From contig CAZJCA010000002.1 in NCBI GenBank assembly GCA_964544505.1, forward strand, positions 8,234 through 72,233: 64,000 nucleotides of DNA, in the 5' to 3' direction. Shown here one piece after another: positions 17,762 through 27,489 of the stretch; the stretch's first letter is position 1, and each line of letters opens with the position of its first letter. A model generated the notes under the pieces. It ran no database searches, was not told the origin of the DNA, and worked only from the letters and a program-made list of their open reading frames with translations. Source of the stretch: an uncultured Oscillospiraceae bacterium (GTDB lineage: Bacteria > Bacillota > Clostridia > Oscillospirales > Oscillospiraceae). Made by a program: the position numbers and the translations under genes.

Positions 17762-19788
17762 AACGATACAGTTTGCTTTTTAAGCTTTTGGCTTTTATGC
17801 TGGCTTCCCTCTGTCTTTTAACTGCACTGTTCTGTGGGTACGGCACCATCTCCCTGTTCTCCGCAAACCTCTACCAGGAATACCCCGACTCTCTGGCAGA
17901 AAGCCTTTGCTATGAAGATGGGCGGCAACTGGCCCTCAACGCAGCCAGAGAATATGCTGCAACCACCATTGGAAACTGCCCCAAAGAGCTTGTGGAGCAT
18001 CTATATGGCCTGCATTATTACGGCGGCTCATTGGTCTCTATCTCCGAAGACGGAGAAGAAGTTTATTCCAGAGGCGACAGCGTTAAAGATGGTATCACCA
18101 TCCATTACTCTCTGCGCTTTGACTGCCCCACCATCGTGGAAAAAGATACGCAGAAAGAGGAACCCGGAAACATAGCTGGCAGCGGCGATAACACAGGCGC
18201 CGATGACACACAGGATCACCCCACCACAACACCTTCCGCCCCCGACACCACCCAGCGCCCCATCTATACCTACGAAGTGCTGGTCAGCGGTAAGCGGATC
18301 GTGTACGAGGTGCGTTACACAGAAATCACCCTGGATGCCACAGTCACCTTGGATCAAAGTAAGCTAAACAACACCAACTACCAAATGCTCTCCACATTCT
18401 TCCCCTACCGGTATCTATTTATCTGGGGATTTGCCATCACCCTCCTATCGGGTATTGCCCTGGTGGTTTACCTGCTGTGGGTTGCCGGTCGGGGCAGGGG
18501 CGGCGTTGTGGAATTAGTCGGTTTAAGCAAACTACCTCTGGATGTCTATGCGATATTCGTGTGTCTTCTTTTTCTGGGACTTCACACTTTGTTTTACGCT
18601 CTGTTTGACACCATATACACCTTCCACATTTTAGTGTTTAACCTGATCGGCATTGCGTTTACTGTGCCGATGTTACTGGGATTCTTTTACATCTTTGCTG
18701 CCCAGTCCAAATGCAAAGGTGGCTATTGGTGGCATCACAGTCTCATTGGGCGCTTCTGCCGTTTCTGCTTCAAGGGCATTGGAGCACTGCTGAACATGTT
18801 GCCTGCAATTGGGCAATGGCTGATCATCGGTTTTGCCATGTTCAGCGCCATCATGCTTAGCTTTATTCTGGGCTTTTTGGGGGATGAACCTTTCTTCCGG
18901 CTGATTTTCCTGCTGAGCAGTGTAATCAGCCTGGCAGTCATCTGCTATGGGGGCTACTGCTTCGGCCTGATTTTGATCGGCTCAAAGAAAATGGCCCAAG
19001 GCCAGCTGGATCATCAAATTCCCGAAAAGCATCTATTCGGCGCATTCCGTGATTGCGCCCGACAACTCAATTCCCTGTCCGGTGCCGCCAATGCCGCTGT
19101 GCAAAGTCAGCTTCGCTCCGAGCGGATGAAAACGGAACTGATCACCAATGTATCCCACGATATCAAAACCCCTCTGACCTCCATCATCAACTTTGTGGAT
19201 CTGCTGGAAAAGCCCCACACGGAGGAAGATGCGGAACAGTATCTGGAGGTGCTCTCCCGGCAGTCCCTGCGGCTCAAGAAACTGATTGAAGATCTGATGG
19301 AGCTGAGCAAGGCAAATTCCGGCAACATCGCCGTCAATCTGATCACCCTGGACGCCGTTGAAGCCGCCAATCAGGCATTGGGCGAATTTGCAGACAAAAT
19401 GGAAAACGCCCAACTGACACCCATCTTCCGTGCCCCGGAAAATCCGCTGCCTATCTTGGCAGACGGCAGGCTTCTGTGGCGCGTGCTGTCCAACCTTTTA
19501 AGCAACACCGTGAAATACGCCGCCCCCAACACTCGTGTATATGTGGATCTGGCAAGCACAGGCGATCAGGTGCAGCTTTCCATCCGAAACATTTCCAAAA
19601 CAGAGCTGAATGTGACCGCCGAAGAACTGCTGGAGCGGTTCGTTCGAGGAGATGTCTCCCGAAACACCGAAGGCAGCGGTTTGGGACTGAATATTGCAAA
19701 AAGTCTTATGGAAGTGCAACACGGTACACTGGAACTGATTTTGGACGGTGACCTGTTTAAAGTCACGCTGACCTTCCCCAGTGCCTGA
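17758..19788 (+). CDS. Multi-TM sensor histidine kinase
   Basis: H box NVSHDIKTPLT, N box NLLSNTVKY, ERFVRGD, GSGLGL; overlaps the regulator stop codon. Confidence 0.93.
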   Translation: MKRYSLLFKLLAFMLASLCLLTALFCGYGTISLFSANLYQEYPDSLAESLCYEDGRQLALNAAREYAATTIGNCPKELVEHLYGLHYYGGSLVSISEDGEEVYSRGDSVKDGITIHYSLRFDCPTIVEKDTQKEEPGNIAGSGDNTGADDTQDHPTTTPSAPDTTQRPIYTYEVLVSGKRIVYEVRYTEITLDATVTLDQSKLNNTNYQMLSTFFPYRYLFIWGFAITLLSGIALVVYLLWVAGRGRGGVVELVGLSKLPLDVYAIFVCLLFLGLHTLFYALFDTIYTFHILVFNLIGIAFTVPMLLGFFYIFAAQSKCKGGYWWHHSLIGRFCRFCFKGIGALLNMLPAIGQWLIIGFAMFSAIMLSFILGFLGDEPFFRLIFLLSSVISLAVICYGGYCFGLILIGSKKMAQGQLDHQIPEKHLFGAFRDCARQLNSLSGAANAAVQSQLRSERMKTELITNVSHDIKTPLTSIINFVDLLEKPHTEEDAEQYLEVLSRQSLRLKKLIEDLMELSKANSGNIAVNLITLDAVEAANQALGEFADKMENAQLTPIFRAPENPLPILADGRLLWRVLSNLLSNTVKYAAPNTRVYVDLASTGDQVQLSIRNISKTELNVTAEELLERFVRGDVSRNTEGSGLGLNIAKSLMEVQHGTLELILDGDLFKVTLTFPSA

Positions 19789-19804
19789 CTTTCCAAAAAA
19801 TAGT

Positions 19805-19833
19805 TGTTCCGCCACCAGGAAGGTGGCGGAACA
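19805..19833. terminator. Terminator between the convergent kinase and aldehyde dehydrogenase genes
   Basis: TGTTCCGCCACC / GGTGGCGGAACA followed by a T run. Confidence 0.8.
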
Positions 19834-19836
19834 TTT

Positions 19837-21207
19837 TTATTTTAAGAACAAGTGTACCAGTTTATCGTGCAGTTTCTTGTAGGGTTGATAACGCATGGGC
19901 AGATCGATCCAGTTTTTCTTGTGGACGATGCTCTTTTTATGGCTGAAGGTGTCAAATCCGGTTTTGCCGTGATAAGCACCCATGCCACTTTCTCCCACGC
20001 CGCCGAAGCCCATGTGTTCCGTAGCCAGATGGATGATGGTATCATTGATGCAGCCACCGCCATAGGGAATGTGGTTGGTCACAAAATCAATGGCCTTTTT
20101 GTCCGTGGAGAACAGGTACAGTGCCAGCGGCTTGGGTCGGTTTTTCAGCACCTCATACACTTCATACAAATTCTCAAAAGTCATGATCGGCAGCACCGGG
20201 CCAAAAATCTCCTGGCTCATGACCCGATCCTCCCAGGTAACATGATCCATGATGGTCGGGACGATTTGCAGTTTTTCCGGGTCACACACGCCGCCGCAGA
20301 CCACCTTTTCATAGTCGATCAAATTCCAGACTCGCTGGAAATGTTTCTGGCTGACCATGTGACCGTAGTTTGGATTTTCCAGAGGGCGGCTGCCCAGCTG
20401 CAATGCGATCTGCTTTTTCATTTCCCCTACCAGCTGATCTTTGACCGCACTGTGGCAGAGGATGTAGTCCGGGGCAACGCAGGTCTGACCGCAGTTGATG
20501 ATCTTGCCGAAAATAATTCTCTTGGCTGCCAGTGGGATATTGGCACTTTCATCCACGATCACCGGGCTTTTGCCTCCCAGTTCCAGCACTGCCGGGGTCA
20601 AATGCTCTGCCGTGTGGCGAAGCACCACCTTGCCCACTTCCTGACTGCCGGTAAAGAAAACAAAATCAAATTTCTTTTCCAGAAGGTGCGCATTCTCTGC
20701 CCGACCGCCCAGAACTACCGCCACATAATCCTCCGGGAAGCACTCTGCAATCATATCCGCAATCAGAGCAGATGTGGCAGGAGAGTAGGCACTGGGTTTC
20801 AAAATTGCCGTATTACCGGCGGCAATGGCATCTGCCAAAGGGCCCATGGTCAGCAAAAACGGATAATTCCAGGGGCTCATGATCAGCGTATTTCCATAGG
20901 GCGTAGCCAAGGTGTAACTTTTGGCACAGAATTGAGCCAAGGGGGTATGCACCTGTTTTTTCCCGGCAAAAGAGGGGGTGTGCCTGATCAGATATGACAG
21001 TTCCGACAGCACCATACCCGTTTCGCACATATAGCTTTCCTCTTTGCTTTTCCCCAGATCAGCGTATAGGGCAGCAGCAATATCATCTTCCCTAACTTGG
21101 ATGCAGGCTTTCAACCTCTTCAGCATAGCCATGCGCCAGCGGATTGGCAGTGTCTGCCCGGACTGGAAGAATTTTTTCTGTTTTTCAAATAAAGTATCGA
21201 TTTCCAT
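19837..21207 (-). CDS. Aldehyde dehydrogenase (ALDH3 / YwdH-like)
   Basis: PWNYP, FFTGS, LELGGKSP, catalytic GQTCVAPDY, EIFGP, FGGVGESGMG. Confidence 0.93.
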   Translation of the reverse strand: MEIDTLFEKQKKFFQSGQTLPIRWRMAMLKRLKACIQVREDDIAAALYADLGKSKEESYMCETGMVLSELSYLIRHTPSFAGKKQVHTPLAQFCAKSYTLATPYGNTLIMSPWNYPFLLTMGPLADAIAAGNTAILKPSAYSPATSALIADMIAECFPEDYVAVVLGGRAENAHLLEKKFDFVFFTGSQEVGKVVLRHTAEHLTPAVLELGGKSPVIVDESANIPLAAKRIIFGKIINCGQTCVAPDYILCHSAVKDQLVGEMKKQIALQLGSRPLENPNYGHMVSQKHFQRVWNLIDYEKVVCGGVCDPEKLQIVPTIMDHVTWEDRVMSQEIFGPVLPIMTFENLYEVYEVLKNRPKPLALYLFSTDKKAIDFVTNHIPYGGGCINDTIIHLATEHMGFGGVGESGMGAYHGKTGFDTFSHKKSIVHKKNWIDLPMRYQPYKKLHDKLVHLFLK

Positions 21208-21326
21208 GGCATCGTCCTCCCTTTTCTTCCATTATAAACCAATTGTCAACGGCTTCACACAAATTTGCTTGCTTTTTTTGCTCCGGAGGGTTATAGTCAT
21301 GGTACAGAACCTTTGAGGAGAACATT

Positions 21327-22160
21327 ATGCGTTTTCGGAAGATCTATATTGAAATATCCAACCTCTGCAATTTAAAATGCAGTTTCTGCCCCGGTACGAA
21401 ACGGCAGCCCCGGCTAATGACCTCAGAAGAATTTTCTTCCCTGCTCCCCAAAATTCGCCCTTATACGGATTTTATCTATTTTCATCTCATGGGAGAACCT
21501 CTGTGCCACCCGGAATTGGAAAACTTTTTAAGAATTGCCCACCAGTTTGGCTTCCGAGTGATCATCACCACCAACGGCACATTACTGCCCAAAGTGCAGA
21601 ACATTTTGCTTTCCGCCCCCACCCTGCACAAAATCAACATTTCCCTCCACGCTTTTGAGGCCAACGATTGCCCCATCCCCTTTGACATCTATCTGGACAA
21701 CTGTTTTGACTTTGGCAACGCATCTGCCGGGAAAAAACTGGTGGTCTACCGGCTTTGGAATCAGGGAGGAAAAGAGGAACTGAACGGGAAAATTCTGGAT
21801 AAAATGAGACAGTTTTTCCCGGAAAGCTGGATCGTGGAGCGGCAGGGCACACGCATTGCCCACAGAACTTATCTGGAATACGGCGACAAGTTCGACTGGC
21901 CGGATCTATCCATTCCCGAAGGGGATGCTCCCCAGTTCTGCTATGGTCTGAGAGACCAGCTGGGCATTCTCTGCGACGGCACCGTTGTCCCCTGTTGCTT
22001 AGATCACGAGGGTGACATTGCTCTGGGAAATCTCCTCACACAGGATCTGGAAGAGATCCTGCAAAGCAGCCGTGCTCAGGCCATTTACAACGGCTTTACC
22101 AACAAAGAGGCCATTGAGCCGCTCTGCCGCCGCTGCGGCTATGCCAGACGATTTGGATAA
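21327..22160 (+). CDS. Radical SAM protein with SPASM/Twitch domain
   Basis: CNLKCSFC, GEP, TTNG; C-terminal CYG..VPCCLD..GN..CRRC. Confidence 0.9.
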   Translation: MRFRKIYIEISNLCNLKCSFCPGTKRQPRLMTSEEFSSLLPKIRPYTDFIYFHLMGEPLCHPELENFLRIAHQFGFRVIITTNGTLLPKVQNILLSAPTLHKINISLHAFEANDCPIPFDIYLDNCFDFGNASAGKKLVVYRLWNQGGKEELNGKILDKMRQFFPESWIVERQGTRIAHRTYLEYGDKFDWPDLSIPEGDAPQFCYGLRDQLGILCDGTVVPCCLDHEGDIALGNLLTQDLEEILQSSRAQAIYNGFTNKEAIEPLCRRCGYARRFG

Positions 22161-22196
22161 AAAAGGATGTGTTGCCTTGGCAACACATCCTTTTTT
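22159..22196. terminator. Bidirectional terminator ending the rnf-like operon
   Basis: AAAAAAGGATGTGTTGCC-TT-GGCAACACATCCTTTTTT. Confidence 0.85.
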
Positions 22197-22197
22197 G

Positions 22198-22635
22198 TTA
22201 CAGCAAAATGCCGGCAAAGCACTGGCTTGCCAGATACACGCCCAAAGCGGTAGCCACCAGTGCACCTTTGGCTTTGGGGCCGGAAGCGAGCCGATCCCGG
22301 ACAGAGTCCATTGCCAGCGCTGTCAGCGTAAACACAGCGCCGCCAACAAGCCCCAGCTTCCAGAAGCCATGCAGGTCTGCCACGCCAGCAGCCAAAGGCA
22401 ACAAGCCAAAGCTCAGCACGCCGAAGACCATCGTGCAGATCCAGCAGTTTTCTCCCGGAGGGCACAGCCAGCATTCCAGCAGTAGTGCCGCCAAACTCAG
22501 CAGCACAATATTGGGAATATTCAGTTTCGGAAGGATCACCTGGGGATAAAACGCTTTTACCACCATCATGATTCCCAGAACCACCAGCAGCACCGCTGCC
22601 AGCAAAACAGATCGGAAATTCTTCATATTCTTCAT
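22198..22635 (-). CDS. Small integral membrane protein, divergent RnfA-like, with CxxC motifs
   Basis: About 5 TM helices; C-terminal G..FTL..AMDSVRDRL..P.......G..LA...F.G echoes RnfA; last gene of the operon. Confidence 0.6.
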   Translation of the reverse strand: MKNMKNFRSVLLAAVLLVVLGIMMVVKAFYPQVILPKLNIPNIVLLSLAALLLECWLCPPGENCWICTMVFGVLSFGLLPLAAGVADLHGFWKLGLVGGAVFTLTALAMDSVRDRLASGPKAKGALVATALGVYLASQCFAGILL

Positions 22636-22638
22636 GGC

Positions 22639-23175
22639 TCAGCCTCCCCAAGAAGTAGCGCCGGAGTCCGCATCCGCACCGGTCACAAAGGCCACCGCAG
22701 AATTGACACTGCGGATAATCGCCTTGGAAGTAACGGTAGCACCGGCGATGGCATCCACATTGGTGCCTACCTGGGCATCCCCCTTGGTGTCCAAAAACTG
22801 CTTGAGAAAATCTGCATCGGTCAATGCATTCCAGCCCAGGCCATAAGTTTCGGACATTTCCTGAATTTGCAAGCCTTCGACTTTTCCCTCATTACTGACG
22901 CCCACCAGCATGGTAATGGTTCCGGCGTAGCCCTGGGTAGCGGTCAAAATCACATAGCCCTTATCCGCCTTGTAGACGCAGCGGATATTGGCATCGTCGC
23001 CTGTGTATTCTTCCTGCTCAAAAGCGGTGCTGCCGGGCAGGATCTTCAGCAGTTTTGCATCCAATTCTGCCTTTTCATTGGCCTCTCTTATACCGGAAAG
23101 GCCACAATTGACACCCAGCAAAAGGGCAGCTGCCAGCAAAATGGAGAGAAGGGGCACAAAAATTGATTTAAGCAT
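22639..23175 (-). CDS. rnfG: RnfG-like FMN-binding protein
   Basis: N-terminal anchor, GYAGTITMLVGV, ETYGLG, FLKQF, VDAIAGATVTS; downstream of rnfD. Confidence 0.8.
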   Translation of the reverse strand: MLKSIFVPLLSILLAAALLLGVNCGLSGIREANEKAELDAKLLKILPGSTAFEQEEYTGDDANIRCVYKADKGYVILTATQGYAGTITMLVGVSNEGKVEGLQIQEMSETYGLGWNALTDADFLKQFLDTKGDAQVGTNVDAIAGATVTSKAIIRSVNSAVAFVTGADADSGATSWGG

Positions 23176-24115
23176 TTGCCTTTCCTCCCTTCTGTCCGTA
23201 ACGACGGGGCGGTGTCACCCGGTCGATGACCCAGACCGCCAAATTCATCAGCAGGATGGCATAGGTCACGCCCTCGGGGAAAATACCGAAATAACGGAAA
23301 ACCACCGTCAGCACACCGCAACCAATGCCATAGATCACCTGTCCCTTGGCAGTCACAGGAGAAGTGGCGTAATCGGTCGCCATAAAAATCGCACCCAGCA
23401 TCAGGCCGCCGCTGAGAAGCTGATAGCCCATCCAGAGCAGAGCATTATCGGTCTTGTGGAACACCAGTGTCAGCACCGCCACCGTTCCCAGATAGGCCAG
23501 GGGAATTCTGGGAGAGATCACCTTGCGCACCACCAGATACACACCGCCTGCCAGCAGCGCCAGGGCGGAGATCTCGCCAATAGAACCGGGAGTATTGCCC
23601 AGAAACATATCCAGAAGGCTTTCTTCCGGCAGAGCAGGCATCACCATGTGGTGCAGAGGGGTCGCCGCCGTTACGCCGTCTACTCCCAGTGCTTCATACC
23701 GGGTCAGCGCTGCCGGGAACAGCAGCATCATCAGCGCTCTTGCAGAAAGGGCAGGATTAAACACATTCTGTCCCAAACCGCCGCACATCATTTTGGTAAC
23801 GATGATCGCAAACATACTGCCCAAAATCGCCACCCAGTAAGGGACGGAGGCAGGCAGGGTCATGGCAAAGAGCAGACCCGTGACCAGAGCGGAGCAGTCT
23901 GCCAGAGTGGTTCTCTTTTTCGCTACCACGCCGTAGATCCACTCCCCCACCACAGCTGCCGCCACAGAAAGCAGGGCAACGAGCAGGGAGCGTGCGCCAA
24001 GCACCACTGCGCCCACTGCCAACGCAGGCAGCAGGGCAATGACCACATCCAGCATCAGTCTGCTGGTCTTAAAATCTCCCCGAATATGCGGAGAAGATGC
24101 AACTGTTAAATTCAT
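23168..24115 (-). CDS. rnfD: RnfD family electron transport subunit
   Basis: SSPH, MLDVVIAL, GGLGQNVFNPAL, DGVTAATPL (flavinylated Thr), GSIGE, FMATDYATSP, PEGVTYAIL; start re-called at 24115. Confidence 0.92.
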   Translation of the reverse strand: MNLTVASSPHIRGDFKTSRLMLDVVIALLPALAVGAVVLGARSLLVALLSVAAAVVGEWIYGVVAKKRTTLADCSALVTGLLFAMTLPASVPYWVAILGSMFAIIVTKMMCGGLGQNVFNPALSARALMMLLFPAALTRYEALGVDGVTAATPLHHMVMPALPEESLLDMFLGNTPGSIGEISALALLAGGVYLVVRKVISPRIPLAYLGTVAVLTLVFHKTDNALLWMGYQLLSGGLMLGAIFMATDYATSPVTAKGQVIYGIGCGVLTVVFRYFGIFPEGVTYAILLMNLAVWVIDRVTPPRRYGQKGGKANA

Positions 24116-25443
24116 TTGCGCTCCTCCTTTGCTTTTTGTTCCGCCATATACTGCCGTACAAGTCCCTTTCCTTTGCGGAACATTTCCACCAGAGGCAGTT
24201 TCCCGGGGCAGGTAAAGGCACAGCTGCCGCATTCCATGCAGTCCAGCAGATGCAGCCGCTGCAGTTCTCTTACATTGCCTGCCTTGGCATAGCGACCCAT
24301 ATACAGGGGCTGCAAGCCCATGGGACACACCGCCACGCACTTGCCACAGCGCAGGCAGGTAGGATTTTGCGCTGCGCCGTTTTCATCACGGTGCAGGCAC
24401 AAAACCGCATTGGTGGCCTTCACCACCGGAACAGACAGATCCTTCTGGGCAAAGCCCATCATGGGGCCACCGCTGATGACACGCTCGGTCTCATCATGCA
24501 GTCCTCCAGCCTTTTCGATCAGGTCATGGAAGGGCGTTCCAAAACGGACAATGAAATTTTGAGGTTTCTGGATAGCCTCGCCCGTTACGGTGACGATTCG
24601 CTGGGTCATGGGCAGGCCTAAACACACGGCCCGGTAAATTGCGGAAAAAGTTGCCACATTGAACACGGCACAGCCCACGCTCACCGGCAGCTGACCGGAG
24701 GCCACCTGCCGCCCGGTCACAGACTGGATCAGCTGTTTTTCCGAGCCTTGGGGATAACGGGTAGGCAGGACGACCAGCTCGATATTGGGGAAGTCTTTCA
24801 GCAGTGGCTTCAGGATCTCGATGGCCTGCTTTTTATTATCCTCCACTGCCAGGACGATCCGTTCGGGAGAAAGCACCTTTCCCAGGATCTGCATTCCCTG
24901 CAACACCTGCAAGGGCTTGGTGCGCAAAAGGCTATCGTCAGCGGTGATATAAGGCTCACATTCGCAGGCATTGGCGATCAGGGTATCGGCGTGTCCCATG
25001 GCAGAAACCGCCTTGACACTGCCGGGAAAAGCCGCACCGCCCATACCCACGATTCCGGCTTCCCGGATGGTGTGCAGGATGGTATCATTGTCCATTTGGG
25101 ATACATCCCGCTTCTGGACAGGCACAGGCGTATCCTGGAAATCGTTCTCGATGACCACTGCCATCACTTCCCGACCGCTGGTATGGGGTCTGGGTTCCAC
25201 AGCGATCACTGTGCCGGACACGCTTGCATGAACAGGCACACACAGGCCTTCCCCATCGCCGATCTTCTGACCACGGAGAACTTTATCCCCCACCGCCACC
25301 AAGGGGGTGCAGGGCGCACCAATGTGCTGCACCATGGGGATGACCACCACCTTGGGGGTAACGGTCTGAAAGTCCGTCACCGTGGTGGACATTTCTTTGT
25401 TGTATTTGGGGTGAATTCCACCAAAAAAAAGGCGTTTGCTCAT
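24112..25443 (-). CDS. rnfC: RnfC/RsxC electron transport subunit
   Basis: GGIHP, QHIGAP, GIVGMGGAAFP, ECEPY, YPQGSEKQLI, GGPMMG, two 4Fe-4S motifs CLRCGKC..CP and CMECGSC..CP. Confidence 0.95.
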   Translation of the reverse strand: MSKRLFFGGIHPKYNKEMSTTVTDFQTVTPKVVVIPMVQHIGAPCTPLVAVGDKVLRGQKIGDGEGLCVPVHASVSGTVIAVEPRPHTSGREVMAVVIENDFQDTPVPVQKRDVSQMDNDTILHTIREAGIVGMGGAAFPGSVKAVSAMGHADTLIANACECEPYITADDSLLRTKPLQVLQGMQILGKVLSPERIVLAVEDNKKQAIEILKPLLKDFPNIELVVLPTRYPQGSEKQLIQSVTGRQVASGQLPVSVGCAVFNVATFSAIYRAVCLGLPMTQRIVTVTGEAIQKPQNFIVRFGTPFHDLIEKAGGLHDETERVISGGPMMGFAQKDLSVPVVKATNAVLCLHRDENGAAQNPTCLRCGKCVAVCPMGLQPLYMGRYAKAGNVRELQRLHLLDCMECGSCAFTCPGKLPLVEMFRKGKGLVRQYMAEQKAKEERK

Positions 25444-25461
25444 TTTTTCACCTCATCTTAC

Positions 25462-26481
25462 TCATTTTATGGTTTTAAAGTTATCGGAATAGTATTTTTC
25501 TCCCTGGGCATTTACCCACATGGCCTCTGCTCCGGTTTTTGCCAGCAGTGCCCTGCCTTCCTCCAAGGGCAGCAGGAACAGTGCTGTGGACAACGCATCA
25601 GCTAGGCCGGAGTCCGCGCAGACCACGGTCACAGACCGCCAATAGGTCGATGGCATCAGTGTCTGGGGATCAATGATGTGGTGGTAGATTTTCCCATCCA
25701 CCGTAAAATAACGCTGATAGTCGCCGCTGGTGACCACACAGCCGCCGGTAATGTTCACCTTGTACAGGTAACCCTCTCCCCCATCCGGGTCTTGCACACC
25801 CACCACCCAGGGGGTATCCGGCTCCGCTTTGGGGCCGGTAGCGCAGACATTGCCGCCGACACTGATCAGCAGCCCCTTGGGAGCATTCTCTGCCACCTTC
25901 TGGGTAGCCCAGCCTTTGGCAACAGCACCTACATCCAGCTGCACCGATCCATCTGTAATGAAGACCGTGGAAGCGTCCCTGTCAATGACCACCGCATCCA
26001 GACTGGTGTGGGAAGCCGCCTCTTTCAAGGCACTTTCCTCAGGCAGCTTGGCATTTTCAGGGTCTTTGCCGGCATTTTCTCTGGCTTCGTGCCAGAGTTT
26101 CAGTACGCTGCCCATGGCCACATTGACCTTGCCGCCGGTCAGATCGTAATATTCTTTGCAGGCTTCCAGCAATTCGATGATCGCACCATCCACTGTTACG
26201 GGAGCAATACCTGCGTTGTCGTTGATGGTTTTGAGGTTGTTGATCCCCTCATAATCGTGGTAGATATCAAAAAGCTTATGATAATGTGCCAAATCGTCAT
26301 AGACTTGCTGGCTGATCTGGTCAAATTCCCCACGGCTGTCTGTGCGTCCAACGACGGCAGTCATGGTGTCGAAAAGTTCTAAGAAAGTTGCGGTATACTG
26401 CTTATTTTCTGTTTGACCGGAACGGGCGCATCCTGCCAGCAGCAGACACAACACCAAAATCAGAATACAAATTTTTTTCAT
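25462..26481 (-). CDS. apbE: FAD:protein FMN transferase lipoprotein (ApbE/FmnB)
   Basis: Lipobox LAGC, LDVGAVAKG, TSGDYQRY, YHHIIDP, ADALSTALF. Confidence 0.93.
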   Translation of the reverse strand: MKKICILILVLCLLLAGCARSGQTENKQYTATFLELFDTMTAVVGRTDSRGEFDQISQQVYDDLAHYHKLFDIYHDYEGINNLKTINDNAGIAPVTVDGAIIELLEACKEYYDLTGGKVNVAMGSVLKLWHEARENAGKDPENAKLPEESALKEAASHTSLDAVVIDRDASTVFITDGSVQLDVGAVAKGWATQKVAENAPKGLLISVGGNVCATGPKAEPDTPWVVGVQDPDGGEGYLYKVNITGGCVVTSGDYQRYFTVDGKIYHHIIDPQTLMPSTYWRSVTVVCADSGLADALSTALFLLPLEEGRALLAKTGAEAMWVNAQGEKYYSDNFKTIK

Positions 26482-27488
26482 TTCATCGCCTTCTCTACGA
26501 GTGCCTGGAAGCCACCAATGGCAATGGTCACGGATGTGCTCAGGTCTACATCACCGGGCTTGCCACCCTCGCCGACCGCAATACCATGCACCTCTGCGGC
26601 AGTTTTGCCCTTAACATAGTTGGCAAAATTCTCTGCCTGCTGGTTCCATTCATACTTTGCACCGCCCCAGGCTACCATACCGTAGTCCTTGCCCAGTTCA
26701 TTCTTGGTCTTAAAACCGGCGGTCAGATCGGTGGTCACTTTGCCGTCGCCGTCAAATTCTACCTTTGCCTGGACTGCATCAATGGTGCAGGAGGTGATCA
26801 CGCCGTCCTTCCGGGTCAGAGCAGTAATATCCATGTCCAGCTGCACATTGCCTTTGGCCTCGTTCGCCGCCTCTGCGCCGCTGAGAGCAGGGGTTGCCGC
26901 CAAAATGAGCGCATCTGCGCTGTCTGCTCCCCGGTAGGCAGCATTGGTCACGGCTTTTTCCACCACTTCCATAAAATCGCCGATGGCAATGGTCACAGAT
27001 GCAGCCAAATCGCTGTCGGCAGGCTTGCCGCTTTCGCTGACAGCAATGCCCTTGACCTGCGCCACAGTCTTGCCCTTGACATAGTTGGCAAAATTCTCTG
27101 CCTGCTTGTTCCATTCATACTTTGCGCCGCCCCAGGCCACCATACCGTAGCTGTCGCCCAGTTCGTTCTTGGTCTTGACTTCCTTCGTCCAGTTTGCTGT
27201 AATGTCGGCAATGGTCACATCGGCGGAAATGCCGTCGATGACACAATCGGTGATCACGCCTTCATCATCCACCGCCACCGCTGCCATCAGCAGGGTGTAG
27301 GTGATTTTTCCGTCAGCGGAGGTCACATCTGTCAGCACCGCCAGGCCGGTCTTGACTTCTCCGGCTTTGGGGACATAGGTGCTGCCGCCGTCGGAGCAGG
27401 TGCAGTTGACCACAGTAGTGCCCACACAGCCGCAAAGCAGGGTCGCCACAAGCAGCATAGATACCAAAATCGAAAGGTTTTTCTTCAT
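26478..27488 (-). CDS. Lipoprotein with two tandem FMN-binding-like domains
   Basis: Lipobox LCGC; two copies of KTKNELG..YGM....EW..QA..F..Y..GKT....SVTI; overlaps apbE. Confidence 0.7.
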   Translation of the reverse strand: MKKNLSILVSMLLVATLLCGCVGTTVVNCTCSDGGSTYVPKAGEVKTGLAVLTDVTSADGKITYTLLMAAVAVDDEGVITDCVIDGISADVTIADITANWTKEVKTKNELGDSYGMVAWGGAKYEWNKQAENFANYVKGKTVAQVKGIAVSESGKPADSDLAASVTIAIGDFMEVVEKAVTNAAYRGADSADALILAATPALSGAEAANEAKGNVQLDMDITALTRKDGVITSCTIDAVQAKVEFDGDGKVTTDLTAGFKTKNELGKDYGMVAWGGAKYEWNQQAENFANYVKGKTAAEVHGIAVGEGGKPGDVDLSTSVTIAIGGFQALVEKAMK

Positions 27489-27489
27489 T

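Noticed and set aside
21327-22160. Radical SAM/SPASM gene as a RiPP maturase
   Set aside because: Monocistronic, with no precursor peptide, RRE domain or transporter nearby
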